Of a DNA stretch of 64,000 nucleotides, positions 1-8,435 are shown piece after piece. The DNA comes from Patescibacteria group bacterium (GTDB taxonomy: Bacteria > Patescibacteriota > Kazan-3B-28). The notes under the pieces are model-generated. The model worked only from the letters and a program-made list of their open reading frames with translations, made no database searches and had not been told where the DNA came from. Location: the NCBI GenBank assembly GCA_041649135.1, contig JBAZNQ010000001.1, forward strand, positions 445,438 to 509,437, read 5' to 3'. How positions within the stretch are numbered: the first letter of the stretch is position 1; each line of letters opens with the position of its first letter. Made by a program: the position numbers and the translations under genes.

Positions 1-136
1 CAACGTCGAGGCCATCCTGGCCCTTAGCGTCGAAATACCGCTGGCGCCGTTGCCCTTCGTCGATTGTCGAATCCGGAGATTGAGCCGAACTCGTCAATAC
101 CATAAAGAGCAGCCACAAAACTACGAGACCTCTCAT
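1..136 (-). CDS. Partial hypothetical secreted protein (5' end, runs off the window)
   Basis: ATG at 136 preceded by GAGGAG; reads MRGLVVLWLLFMVLTSSAQSPD..., signal-peptide-like and open to position 1. Confidence 0.5.
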   Translation of the reverse strand, partial: MRGLVVLWLLFMVLTSSAQSPDSTIDEGQRRQRYFDAKGQDGLDV

Positions 137-267
137 TGTTAACTCCTCAAAGAGCAGTTTCCTACTCTCTAAGTATAGCCCCGCCTTATTCAAAGAACCA
201 AAAACCACCTCATGGTGGCCTATTCGTTTGTAATCCCACCGACTAACACAAATAAAAAACCAACCTG

Positions 268-549
268 CTAGCCCTTATCCCACTGATCAGCCCAAAAACC
301 CAATGTCGTGACAACTGAAGCATTCGTACTGGGTTCTAAAACCACTTTTTCTCTACCATACTTGGCAATCAGAGGAGTTATCACTTCGTCAGCCCAGGAT
401 GGAGTTAACACAGCGACCCCTGCGAAATCCAGTTCTATTTTTTCACTTTCAGGCAAGTTCTGTAACAATGACTCAACTACCAGAAACGCCTCCCTGCCAG
501 CCGGCCGAGACGAAAGTGTTGTACCAAATTTGTTCAAAATAATTTTCAT
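268..549 (-). CDS. STAS-like / DUF4325-type small protein
   Basis: MKIILNKFGTTLSSRPAGREA...IELDFAGVAVLTPSWADEV pattern; GGGAGAG before the ATG at 549. Confidence 0.7.
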   Translation of the reverse strand: MKIILNKFGTTLSSRPAGREAFLVVESLLQNLPESEKIELDFAGVAVLTPSWADEVITPLIAKYGREKVVLEPSTNASVVTTLGFWADQWDKG

Positions 550-610
550 CTCTCCCTTAATTAAACCATGTATTCTATCAACACATAAAGACCCCTGTAA
601 ATTTTGACAC

Positions 611-770
611 ACCTCGGTCATTTGACTCGTTTTTATTTAGTCATAGACCATTCCGTAACCTTGGCGAAGGATGGCTCCCTCTACTGGATAAGTTTAGAAC
701 TTTGGATTGGGTAAAAGTGAGGAAAGAGTTGGATGAGTTCAATATTACATTATCACCTGCTACACTCTGA
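611..770 (+). repeat. att-like junction: R1 arm, REP insertion, TGGCTCCC core, orphan LSR C-terminus WLPLLDKFRTLDWVKVRKELDEF...
   Basis: ACCTCGGTCATTTGACTCGTTTTTATTT at 611; core at 672; downstream arm homologous to 26104-26214. Confidence 0.75.
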
Positions 771-772
771 TT

Positions 773-1207
773 ATGGTAAAAATCGCTCTAATCATCGCAA
801 ACAAGCTCCGTGAAATATGGTGGTTTATAGCACGACCAACAACCCAAGGCGTAAAAGCCATTATTATCAATAATGATAAATTTTTGATGGTTAGGCTCAG
901 TTATTTTCCAAACACATGGACATTCCCTGGAGGCGGTATAAATAAAAATGAGTCCCCTAAAGAGGCTATCGTTAGAGAGTGCGAAGAAGAAACAGGAATA
1001 ACATTGAACAGTCCCAAGCTTATAAAAACCTTTCAATTTACTCACGAATACAAAAAAGATACCGTCTATGTCTTTCAAGCTCGCACACAAACAGATACTT
1101 TAGACCCCAATTCAAAAGAAATTATTGAAGCCAAATGGTTTAATAAAAACCAATTACCAAAGATGGGTAAAATTGCTCAGAATATATTCAAAAGCTCGCT
1201 CCTGTAG
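773..1207 (+). CDS. NUDIX hydrolase
   Basis: Nudix box FPGGGINKNESPKEAIVRECEEETG. Confidence 0.9.
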   Translation: MVKIALIIANKLREIWWFIARPTTQGVKAIIINNDKFLMVRLSYFPNTWTFPGGGINKNESPKEAIVRECEEETGITLNSPKLIKTFQFTHEYKKDTVYVFQARTQTDTLDPNSKEIIEAKWFNKNQLPKMGKIAQNIFKSSLL

Positions 1208-1222
1208 CGACTAATTTATTCT

Positions 1223-1380
1223 TGGCTCAGCAACTGGGTTCAGCATCCCCACCAACGCCAGCCCTCCGAAACTCCAAAGGAGTTGGAGCGAAGGATGGGG
1301 GGAGATAATTAAGGGCTTCTGGACAGGTCTGAACGCATCTCGGTCAATTATAGAACCTTAGGAGAAAAAGAGACAAATTA
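1223..1380 (+). repeat. att-like junction module (TGGCTC core to GGAGAAAA-GAGACAAAT) with internal REP palindrome
   Basis: Aligns by eye with 4537-4710 and 18716-18912. Confidence 0.7.
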
Positions 1381-1397
1381 AAAGGGCGGTCCTATGT

Positions 1398-2477
1398 TCA
1401 GAACCGCCCTCCAACTGACCCAATTCGGTCGAACTGCTCTTCGGATATCGGACCATCAGGTCCTTCCAGAGGAGCTAGTTGAAATTTATATTGCCAACCC
1501 AACCGCTCCAAGGCTTCGATGGATGAAGCGTCGATCTGTCTACCCACGGTTGCATATTGATGCTGACCACTCATCGCCAATAGAGTTGTTTCAGCTAGAC
1601 AGGCATAAACTCGGCCACCATTCCGAGGCAGCCCAATGTCACTTGAAATGTTCACGCCTTCTCCAGGCAGAACCACTTCTCCGCTAGCTACCACCAGTAC
1701 ATCATCCCTAGACCGTCCAAACACATCAAACGGTCTGGCAATGTCACAAACGATTGCTCCCGATTTCAAATGAGCAATGTCGATAAGTGGTTGGTTGGCA
1801 GAAGTAGCTGTAATCACAATATCAGCACGAGCTACTTCCTCCTCTAGGTTCGTTCCTCGCGTCACTTTAATCTCTTCAGCTAACTGCTGCAGCCGGTTCT
1901 TACTGGAGGAAGAGGATAGTAGCACCATCTCCCCTACCTCGCCAGCTAATGATTTAGCGCAGGCTGAACCGATACTCCCTGTGGCACCTACAATCAGAAC
2001 CCGACTATTGCGCTTAACAATACCACACCGCTGACAGATTAAATCAATCGTCTGTCGTACTGCCACTACTGTATAGCCATTACCAGTAGTGACGGGGATG
2101 GGAGACCATTGACCAATAGTCTCTCCAGCATCTCCGAAGATGCTCGTATATGCCCCCAATCCAAAGACACTACACCCACGAAACGCTGCATCATAAGTAG
2201 CAACAATCACCTTCCAGTACAACGATTCTGGATTTTCAGAGAGTATCATTTTCGTCGTAGCTGGCACAGCGTACAACAAACCAGATACTGCCCTGTCACC
2301 AGAACACACATTCCGCACTTTCCCATACCGCATTGGCGGTATTGGCACCTGACTCATCAGAGTCTCGATTTTTGCAGTAGGCAGACCTAAAAGTTCTGCC
2401 CGTTGCACGATTGGCAACTTCCGCAAATCTTCATAGCGCAGAGGATGCACTATGAACCCGAATTTGGTCGTTCTCAA
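1398..2477 (-). CDS. COG5322-type NAD(P)-dependent oxidoreductase (acyl-ACP reductase / shikimate dehydrogenase-like)
   Basis: KFGFIVHP N-terminus, GLGAYTS, PVTTGNGYT, Rossmann VGATGSIGSACA, DIARP, YACLAET. Confidence 0.8.
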   Translation of the reverse strand: MRTTKFGFIVHPLRYEDLRKLPIVQRAELLGLPTAKIETLMSQVPIPPMRYGKVRNVCSGDRAVSGLLYAVPATTKMILSENPESLYWKVIVATYDAAFRGCSVFGLGAYTSIFGDAGETIGQWSPIPVTTGNGYTVVAVRQTIDLICQRCGIVKRNSRVLIVGATGSIGSACAKSLAGEVGEMVLLSSSSSKNRLQQLAEEIKVTRGTNLEEEVARADIVITATSANQPLIDIAHLKSGAIVCDIARPFDVFGRSRDDVLVVASGEVVLPGEGVNISSDIGLPRNGGRVYACLAETTLLAMSGQHQYATVGRQIDASSIEALERLGWQYKFQLAPLEGPDGPISEEQFDRIGSVGGRF

Positions 2478-2560
2478 GGTGCACCTCCTTTAGGGTTACT
2501 GGTTTCATTATAGCCACAAAATACCCAGCCGAAGGGTTATCTACAAGAATAGCCCTCAAC

Positions 2561-2630
2561 CGAAATAGGCGCTTTGAGGCACCTCGGTCACTTTACTCGT
2601 TTTTATTTGGCTCAACAGCTCGGTTCGGAA
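2561..2630 (+). repeat. att-like junction: R1 arm plus TGGCTCAACAGCTCGGTT
   Basis: Near-identical to 18668-18735; core at 2608. Confidence 0.8.
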
Positions 2631-2731
2631 TCCACGCTCTGAACATTGATTTAACGTAAGAAGCATGCTAGTGTACTGGTTGTTTCGCGCATTAACAATT
2701 AATCCAAACAAGGAAAAAAGAGGCATCAGAA

Positions 2732-3538
2732 ATGGACTCCCATGATCTTGACGGCCTTATTGACGACTTGGACAGCACCATGAATTCTCTCTTTGCCGAT
2801 TCAAGGAAGAATTGGCGAAGCATCTGGGACAAAATCAGAGAGATTGGTGCTTCGTTCAAGGGAATACGTTATCCCACGCCAGAGGATAGAATTCGCGCGT
2901 GGGATCGATTTCAGTCCCTGGTTGAGCAGATTAAAAACGCTCAAGATGATGACCGGCGACAATGGGAACAAAAATGCCGGACATCTGCTTCCCACAAGGA
3001 CAGGATTCTAGGTTGCATCTACTCGCCCAACGCTCTCAGCGGCGGAATTGCTGATCTCGTCGTCTCCGCCGACAATAACGAGCTGTCAACTGCCTCATCT
3101 GCATTAAAGGGGGGATGGAACTTGCTTAGTTCCTGCAAAGACGAGATGTTAGGACGTGACAAACAGGAGGCCTTCAGGGCCTTGTCCAATGCTCAAGCTC
3201 TACTGAATCAAGCGTGGGACCATTACAGGTCTGCCAAACGATCCGCCCACGAAGCACAGCAACGAGCTTGGGAAGAAAAACAGCGAGCTTGGCAGCAAAG
3301 AGTCCAAGACAACATCGATAAACTCGAAACTCGAATCGACAAGCTAAATGAGATGAAAAACAGAAAAGAATCTCATATTTCACAGCTTCAGAGCGACATC
3401 AGCTGTGGCGGTAGCGACAACTATGTTGAGAGAGTGGAGGGCTGGATTGATGAAGAAGAAGGCCGACTCCAGGATATTAACGAGCAGATCAGCCAAGTCG
3501 AAGGATGGCTCAGCGAAGCACGAGACAAACTTCGATAA
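2732..3538 (+). CDS. Coiled-coil hypothetical protein (helical repeats, possibly DUF349-like)
   Basis: 268 aa; repeated DR/DK..AW/AF helices and a long C-terminal coiled coil; followed by a terminator. Confidence 0.7.
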   Translation: MDSHDLDGLIDDLDSTMNSLFADSRKNWRSIWDKIREIGASFKGIRYPTPEDRIRAWDRFQSLVEQIKNAQDDDRRQWEQKCRTSASHKDRILGCIYSPNALSGGIADLVVSADNNELSTASSALKGGWNLLSSCKDEMLGRDKQEAFRALSNAQALLNQAWDHYRSAKRSAHEAQQRAWEEKQRAWQQRVQDNIDKLETRIDKLNEMKNRKESHISQLQSDISCGGSDNYVERVEGWIDEEEGRLQDINEQISQVEGWLSEARDKLR

Positions 3539-3563
3539 TGGTGATGAACCCTTTTTAGATACT

Positions 3564-3597
3564 AACAGCCCCTCGAATCTCGAGGGGCTGCTTTTTA
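3564..3597 (+). terminator. Intrinsic terminator
   Basis: CAGCCCCTCGA-ATC-TCGAGGGGCTG followed by a T-tract. Confidence 0.75.
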
Positions 3598-3642
3598 AGT
3601 AGAGCTCCCAGGGTCAGGCTTACCCTAATCCAATCCCGCTCC

Positions 3643-4197
3643 TTAGATCTCAACATCTAGTTGACAGGGACACTTGCGTCGAAACATCCAGCGCCTGCCA
3701 CCCTGAAAATGATCACTCGGGAAACCCGGAGTCGCCCATAGTGAATGGCCTTGGTTGCTATGTCCAACACCAAAAATGAATGGAACGAAGCCCAAAATCC
3801 CACGAATCGGCTCCATGGCCACGAAACGCCATACGTTCCTGGATTGATTGTGGCACTGCTTGCACAACTCTGGACCGGCCCAGGCCGGTAGAAGGCCACC
3901 ACCGATATTGCTGATACCGGTAAAAATCTCGGCTAGAGTTGGGGAACGCTTATTCGTCAGTTCCCGGCCGGTAGCTTCCCCTACCTCCACTGTGTTGATT
4001 TCGAAACCCGCCTTGAATGCCGTTTCCGACATGATTTCTTGGGCAAAGGTCTCAACGCAATGACCGTCCCTCTCCAGCATCGCAATGTAGCTCGCTACAT
4101 CGTCGCAGCTCCGAGTCAGCGTCATCCATACTGGACGCTGTAGTAGCCGATAATGTGTTTTTGCAGCCACAGCAATGTGCTGATCTTGATCCATCAA
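3643..4197 (-). CDS. Hypothetical protein
   Basis: 184-aa ORF with plausible composition; no family recognised. Confidence 0.6.
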   Translation of the reverse strand: MMDQDQHIAVAAKTHYRLLQRPVWMTLTRSCDDVASYIAMLERDGHCVETFAQEIMSETAFKAGFEINTVEVGEATGRELTNKRSPTLAEIFTGISNIGGGLLPAWAGPELCKQCHNQSRNVWRFVAMEPIRGILGFVPFIFGVGHSNQGHSLWATPGFPSDHFQGGRRWMFRRKCPCQLDVEI

Positions 4198-4360
4198 GTA
4201 TCTCTTATTGGTTCGCCTTATTGTTAAGGCGTTGATGGGTGATTTCCCTGAAGAATTCAGGAGCCATCGACATTTTCAGGGTAGCGCAAAAGCTATCCAT
4301 TGTCAAAAAATTCCCGCTCTGGGGGCTACTTCTTAGTACACCTCAAAAGAGACCCTTCGG

Positions 4361-4430
4361 ACCTCGGTCACTTTACTCGCCTGCCCGCCCGTAGTCCGGC
4401 GGACGAAGGAGAGTTTTTATTTGGCCCCGT
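4361..4430 (+). repeat. R1 arm interrupted by a REP palindrome, with degenerate core TGGCCC
   Basis: ACCTCGGTCACTTTACTCG, then CCTGCCCGCCCGTAG...GAAGGAGA insert, then GTTTTTATTTGGCCCCGTT. Confidence 0.65.
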
Positions 4431-4536
4431 TAGCATTCCTTACTGAAAAACGAAGTTCCTTCTGTTATTTCAGTAGCGTCAGCTCCGGGACGCACCTGTC
4501 TGGCTCTTCTGTAATCCAGTAGATGTCGCCAACATG

Positions 4537-4710
4537 TGGCTCAACAGCTCGGTTCAGATTGCATCCCCAAGGAGATAATTTGGGACTTTTGAAAGGGAGC
4601 TCGGGCAAGTGGGTCAGTTGTAGAACCCATAGGAGAAAATGAGACAAATGAGACAGTGGCAGAGGGGTGTGTTTCACTATAGATTTTAGTTGGATTTTGT
4701 GACGTAATCA
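4537..4710 (+). repeat. Full-length junction right-arm module (TGGCTCAACAGCTCGGTT...ATGAGACAAATGAGACAGTGGCAG...TGTTTCACT...CGTAAT)
   Basis: Homologous segments at 1223, 5561, 18716, 19827, 22440 and 23987. Confidence 0.8.
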
Positions 4711-4726
4711 CCACCGCTTAATAGAG

Positions 4727-5497
4727 CTAATCTAGGGCGCCAATTATTGCCTTGAAATACTTCACCAATACAATCAGACTAATCCCAACCAGAAACAGAA
4801 CAGTTTGGTAAATCGTCATACTCAACGATCTTTCTCTGATAAGGTCTGGCGTCAACTCGGCCAATGCAACGTACAGAAACACGCCGGCGGTAAAAGGTGC
4901 TGCCAACGTCAAAGACACCTTGAATAAAACTGGTAATAACAGTGACACACCCGCTCCAACAAACGACATAAATACCGCGAGTACATTAATCCGATTTGCC
5001 AATAGATTACCAACCCCCGCTCGACGCAAAATGACATAATTCGAAATCTCTTGCGGTATTTGATGGATAACTACTGCAATAGTCGTAGCAATCCCGATTT
5101 GTAAACCAGCCACATAACTACTGGCTATCACCAAACCGTCAACAAAGCTTTGGGTGGAAAAGCCGAACATATTACTAACCGCCGCATGATTACGTCGAGA
5201 CATCCGCACTTTGTACTTCAACTCTCGCCAAGTAATAGTCTGCTCTAGCAAAAACATCAATACGACCCCAGCTACAATGGATACCGTTACAGATGTAGTC
5301 CAGCCATCGTGCACAGCTTTCGGCAATAGATAAATCAGCGCATCTCCAATCAGCGCCCCCGCCGCCAACGCCATAAAACAACCTAAAATTCGATTAAGAT
5401 GCTCCCCCTTCTTTGGAACAACTTTAACAATAAAGTTGGCCAGGATTGCCAACAACCCAGTGCTAACCAGTGCGTAGATATAAACCCAAGAGGCCAT
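4727..5497 (-). CDS. ZIP-family metal transporter (divergent metal site)
   Basis: Multi-TM; ALAAGALIGDA, FVDGLVIASSY, IATTIAVVIHQIPQEI, PFTAGVFLYVA. Confidence 0.85.
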   Translation of the reverse strand: MASWVYIYALVSTGLLAILANFIVKVVPKKGEHLNRILGCFMALAAGALIGDALIYLLPKAVHDGWTTSVTVSIVAGVVLMFLLEQTITWRELKYKVRMSRRNHAAVSNMFGFSTQSFVDGLVIASSYVAGLQIGIATTIAVVIHQIPQEISNYVILRRAGVGNLLANRINVLAVFMSFVGAGVSLLLPVLFKVSLTLAAPFTAGVFLYVALAELTPDLIRERSLSMTIYQTVLFLVGISLIVLVKYFKAIIGALD

Positions 5498-5586
5498 TAC
5501 TTAAAAAGCGTTATACATATTACAACGTTGTCGCTATTAGTATAACCTACTTAAAACCTTGGAGACAAATGAGACAGTGGCAGGGC

Positions 5587-5772
5587 CTACTGTTTTGGGC
5601 TGGATTTTGGAGGAGTTTTGTAGCCTTGTGATGGGATAGGTTGGCAAACGGCTTTCATCAAAACGAGTAGTTTTGTAGCCTGTTCCAGGGCATCCTTCTT
5701 ACTGATTTTAACTCCAAACTCCTTCTCGTAGATTCGCTGGAATTCGGATATTTCTTTATCAGTTAATTGCAT
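5587..5772 (-). CDS. Small helical protein of integrative element (homolog of 29437-29640)
   Basis: MQLTDKEISEFQRIYEKEFGVKISKKDALEQATKLL; stop codon abuts a junction repeat. Confidence 0.7.
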   Translation of the reverse strand: MQLTDKEISEFQRIYEKEFGVKISKKDALEQATKLLVLMKAVCQPIPSQGYKTPPKSSPKQ

Positions 5773-5830
5773 CAAAAGAATCCCAAAGTAATACTTTTCT
5801 ATTATACCCCCGCCTCATAGGTGTTGGACT

Positions 5831-5915
5831 TAGTATACTTTGTGATACTTTATCATACTTTTATATACTTCCAGAGCGACTTTTTTTGACATTTATTATA
5901 TATGTGTTCTAAAAT
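5831..5915 (+). promoter_or_regulatory. Four 10-bp-phased ATACTT repeats upstream of a sigma70-like promoter
   Basis: tagtATACTT tgtgATACTT tatcATACTT ttatATACTT; TTGACA (5886), 18 bp, TAAAAT (5910). Confidence 0.6.
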
Positions 5916-6065
5916 AATAGTAGAAAACCACAATTAGGTAATTAAGGAAACTAACGAGTTTCTTTTGCTGCACGGGAAACCCCGGACAAAAGCAGAAGCC
6001 AGTCAAGGCTGGCCAAAATGCATTGCCGGGTTTTTATACATATTAGTTAATTGAAGGAGGTCAGC

Positions 6066-6605
6066 ATGAAAGTGGTAATCACGTCAGATATAAAAAACGA
6101 AATTAAAATGCTACAAAGAATGGTCCCGTGGCTACAGCGAGGCAATTTAGAAGAAATCAGTCTCAAGCCAAATCATCCAGCCGTTGTTACCCACTTCCCT
6201 CTGAGCGAGGCGGTTAACAGTGAAACCACCGTTGCCAGGTTAGTCAAAAGAGGTCGAAGACTTTTTCTGGTCATTGATAAGTTAGAGATTAATATGGAAC
6301 TGCAGGAGTTCCAGTCCGACTCTCGTGCCAATATTCTAATGAATTACCTGCTTGAGCAGCGACCCGGAGAAATAATCAACATCCTGGAGTTACCCGATTC
6401 AATTCATGAGATTAGCGGACTGAAACTCAGAGACACTTTCCGAAAGATGCACCACTGGAAAGCATTTGAGAAGTACTTCATGCTCAAAAATACCAAACAA
6501 GATTTTGGGATTAGCAATCAGATATTTTTGACTCCACTAGAGACCAACCAGCTCCTCAAAGCATTTAATATCAAATGGCAAGAACCGGAACAAACAAGTA
6601 AATAA
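6066..6605 (+). CDS. Hypothetical protein (possible winged-helix regulator)
   Basis: AAGGAGG before the ATG at 6066; followed by a terminator hairpin at about 6630-6657. Confidence 0.65.
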   Translation: MKVVITSDIKNEIKMLQRMVPWLQRGNLEEISLKPNHPAVVTHFPLSEAVNSETTVARLVKRGRRLFLVIDKLEINMELQEFQSDSRANILMNYLLEQRPGEIINILELPDSIHEISGLKLRDTFRKMHHWKAFEKYFMLKNTKQDFGISNQIFLTPLETNQLLKAFNIKWQEPEQTSK

Positions 6606-6696
6606 CAGATGAGCGACAACGGAACATTAAAGAACTCCCGCTTGGGAGTTCTTTTTGATTCTACGATTGGGTCAGTTATATTTTTAAAAAGATCTT

Positions 6697-8022
6697 ATGA
6701 AAAAAGATACTTTGGCCGTTTGCTACCTGCCGGTCTCCGAGCTCAAACCGAGCACATATAATCCCCGTCGTTGGAATGAGTCAGCGATTCAACAGCTGAC
6801 CGACAGCGTCCGTAAGTTTGGGATGGTCGATCCCATTCTCGCAAATTCTGCCCCCGGCAGAGAAAACATTATTATAGGGGGTCATTTCCGCTTGAAGGTG
6901 GCCAAAGACCTCGGCATTAAAGAAGTGCCAGTTGTTTTCGTTAATATCCCCGAGATTGAGCGTGAAAAGGAATTAAACCTTCGCCTCAACCACAACCTTG
7001 GCGCTTGGGACTTAGACCTGTTAGCTGAGTTTGATCCCGCCCTCCTACAAGATGTAGGTTTTTCCAGCGAGGAAATGGACGAGATTACTGGTATCGATGA
7101 AAATCCCGAAACCTTTGACCTCCAAAAAGAGTTAGACAAACTGGGCATCACAGACATCGACATCCAGAAAGGTGACCTATGGAAATTAGGTGACCACTAC
7201 CTTGCTTGTGGCGATTCTACAGATGAAGCACATATCACTGGGCTGGTATGTGAAACCGCTCCATCATTCTGTTTGACCGACCCCCCGTACCTGTTGGACT
7301 ATCTCAAAGGCAAGAAAAAACATGGCAAACCAACTGAAGGGTTTGGCTTTAAACGAGATCGTAAATATCTCGAAACTGACAAACTGGACGACGACTTCAC
7401 CGAGAAATGGATGGCAAATATCGCTAAGGTCGCATCACCTAACTTCTCAATTCTCTGTTATGAAAATTGGAAGAACATTCCGATTATTTGGGGTGAGATG
7501 GCAAAGTACTGGAAGATCAAGAACATGATTGTCTGGCACACCCCCAACCGCAATCAAGGGTTCGCCGCGAAGTATAAGTTTTTCAGCAAGCACGATATCG
7601 CCATGGTCGGGCAAAGCGGTGAACCGACTATGAACTTAGAGCCGGAAGATGAGCTGTTGCAAAACGAATACGAAACGGCGTTGTTTGCCATTCAAGGTAA
7701 ACCCCAATGGGAGGGCTACGAGAAAGGTAAGAAGTACCAACCGACTGACTTCATCGAGTTTAATGTGGCCGACGAGAAAAGTTCTGGCCAAGGGATTATC
7801 TTTGGGGTTAAGCCAATCGAAATCTTAATCCCCTACATCAAGGTGCTGACTAAACGTGGAGATTGGGTAATTGAGCCATTCGGCGGTTCGGGCTCAACTT
7901 TGATCGCTTGTGAAAAACTCGGAAGAAAATGCTACATTTCCGAAAAATCTCCTACATACGCTTGTGTGATTCGGAACAGATGGGAAAAGCTGACCGGGCA
8001 GAAGGGAGTGAAAGTACGATGA
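6697..8022 (+). CDS. ParB N-terminal domain fused to an N4/N6 DNA methyltransferase (phage-type)
   Basis: YNPR...FGMVDPI...IIGGHFRL (ParBc); TDPPY catalytic motif; EPFGGSGSTLIA SAM-binding motif. Confidence 0.9.
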   Translation: MKKDTLAVCYLPVSELKPSTYNPRRWNESAIQQLTDSVRKFGMVDPILANSAPGRENIIIGGHFRLKVAKDLGIKEVPVVFVNIPEIEREKELNLRLNHNLGAWDLDLLAEFDPALLQDVGFSSEEMDEITGIDENPETFDLQKELDKLGITDIDIQKGDLWKLGDHYLACGDSTDEAHITGLVCETAPSFCLTDPPYLLDYLKGKKKHGKPTEGFGFKRDRKYLETDKLDDDFTEKWMANIAKVASPNFSILCYENWKNIPIIWGEMAKYWKIKNMIVWHTPNRNQGFAAKYKFFSKHDIAMVGQSGEPTMNLEPEDELLQNEYETALFAIQGKPQWEGYEKGKKYQPTDFIEFNVADEKSSGQGIIFGVKPIEILIPYIKVLTKRGDWVIEPFGGSGSTLIACEKLGRKCYISEKSPTYACVIRNRWEKLTGQKGVKVR

Positions 8023-8435
8023 AAACAATGAGCCAAAAAGAAGAAGTGTTGGAAATTCTCCGTCGAACACCCATCGTGGCCACAGCTTGTCAGAAATGTG
8101 GCATCAGTCGCGCGACCCTTTACCGTTGGAAACAAGAAAGTAAAACCTTCGCTCAGCAAGTGGACAAGGCATTAGCTGAGGGCTGCGACTTGATTAACGA
8201 CCTTGCCGAGTCTCAACTTTTGACGGCGATTAAAAATCAGAATCTCACCAGCATCATGTTCTGGCTCCGCAACAGACATTCGTCCTACGCCGAGAAGTTG
8301 CAGGTGATGGCACAAGTAGAACACAAGAATGCTACGTTGACACCAGCCCAACGAGCAATCATCAAAAAAGCATTCACGCTGGCCGGAATCTATAAGAATA
8401 AATTAATTGGAGGTAAAAATGTCGGATCAAAATGA
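8019..8435 (+). CDS. HTH protein, probable terminase small subunit
   Basis: ACQKCGISRATLYRWK helix-turn-helix, SIMFWLRNR; directly upstream of terL; ATGA overlap with the methylase. Confidence 0.7.
   Translation: MKTMSQKEEVLEILRRTPIVATACQKCGISRATLYRWKQESKTFAQQVDKALAEGCDLINDLAESQLLTAIKNQNLTSIMFWLRNRHSSYAEKLQVMAQVEHKNATLTPAQRAIIKKAFTLAGIYKNKLIGGKNVGSK

Noticed and set aside
4465-4677. 70-aa ORF, and the MSHFLL start of the 18986-19843 ORF
   Set aside because: These are antisense translations of the non-coding junction repeat.
5955-6030. c-di-GMP riboswitch upstream of the 6066 gene
   Set aside because: A GAAA-like hairpin is present, but the consensus GCAAA/GGGACGCAAAG pattern does not match convincingly.
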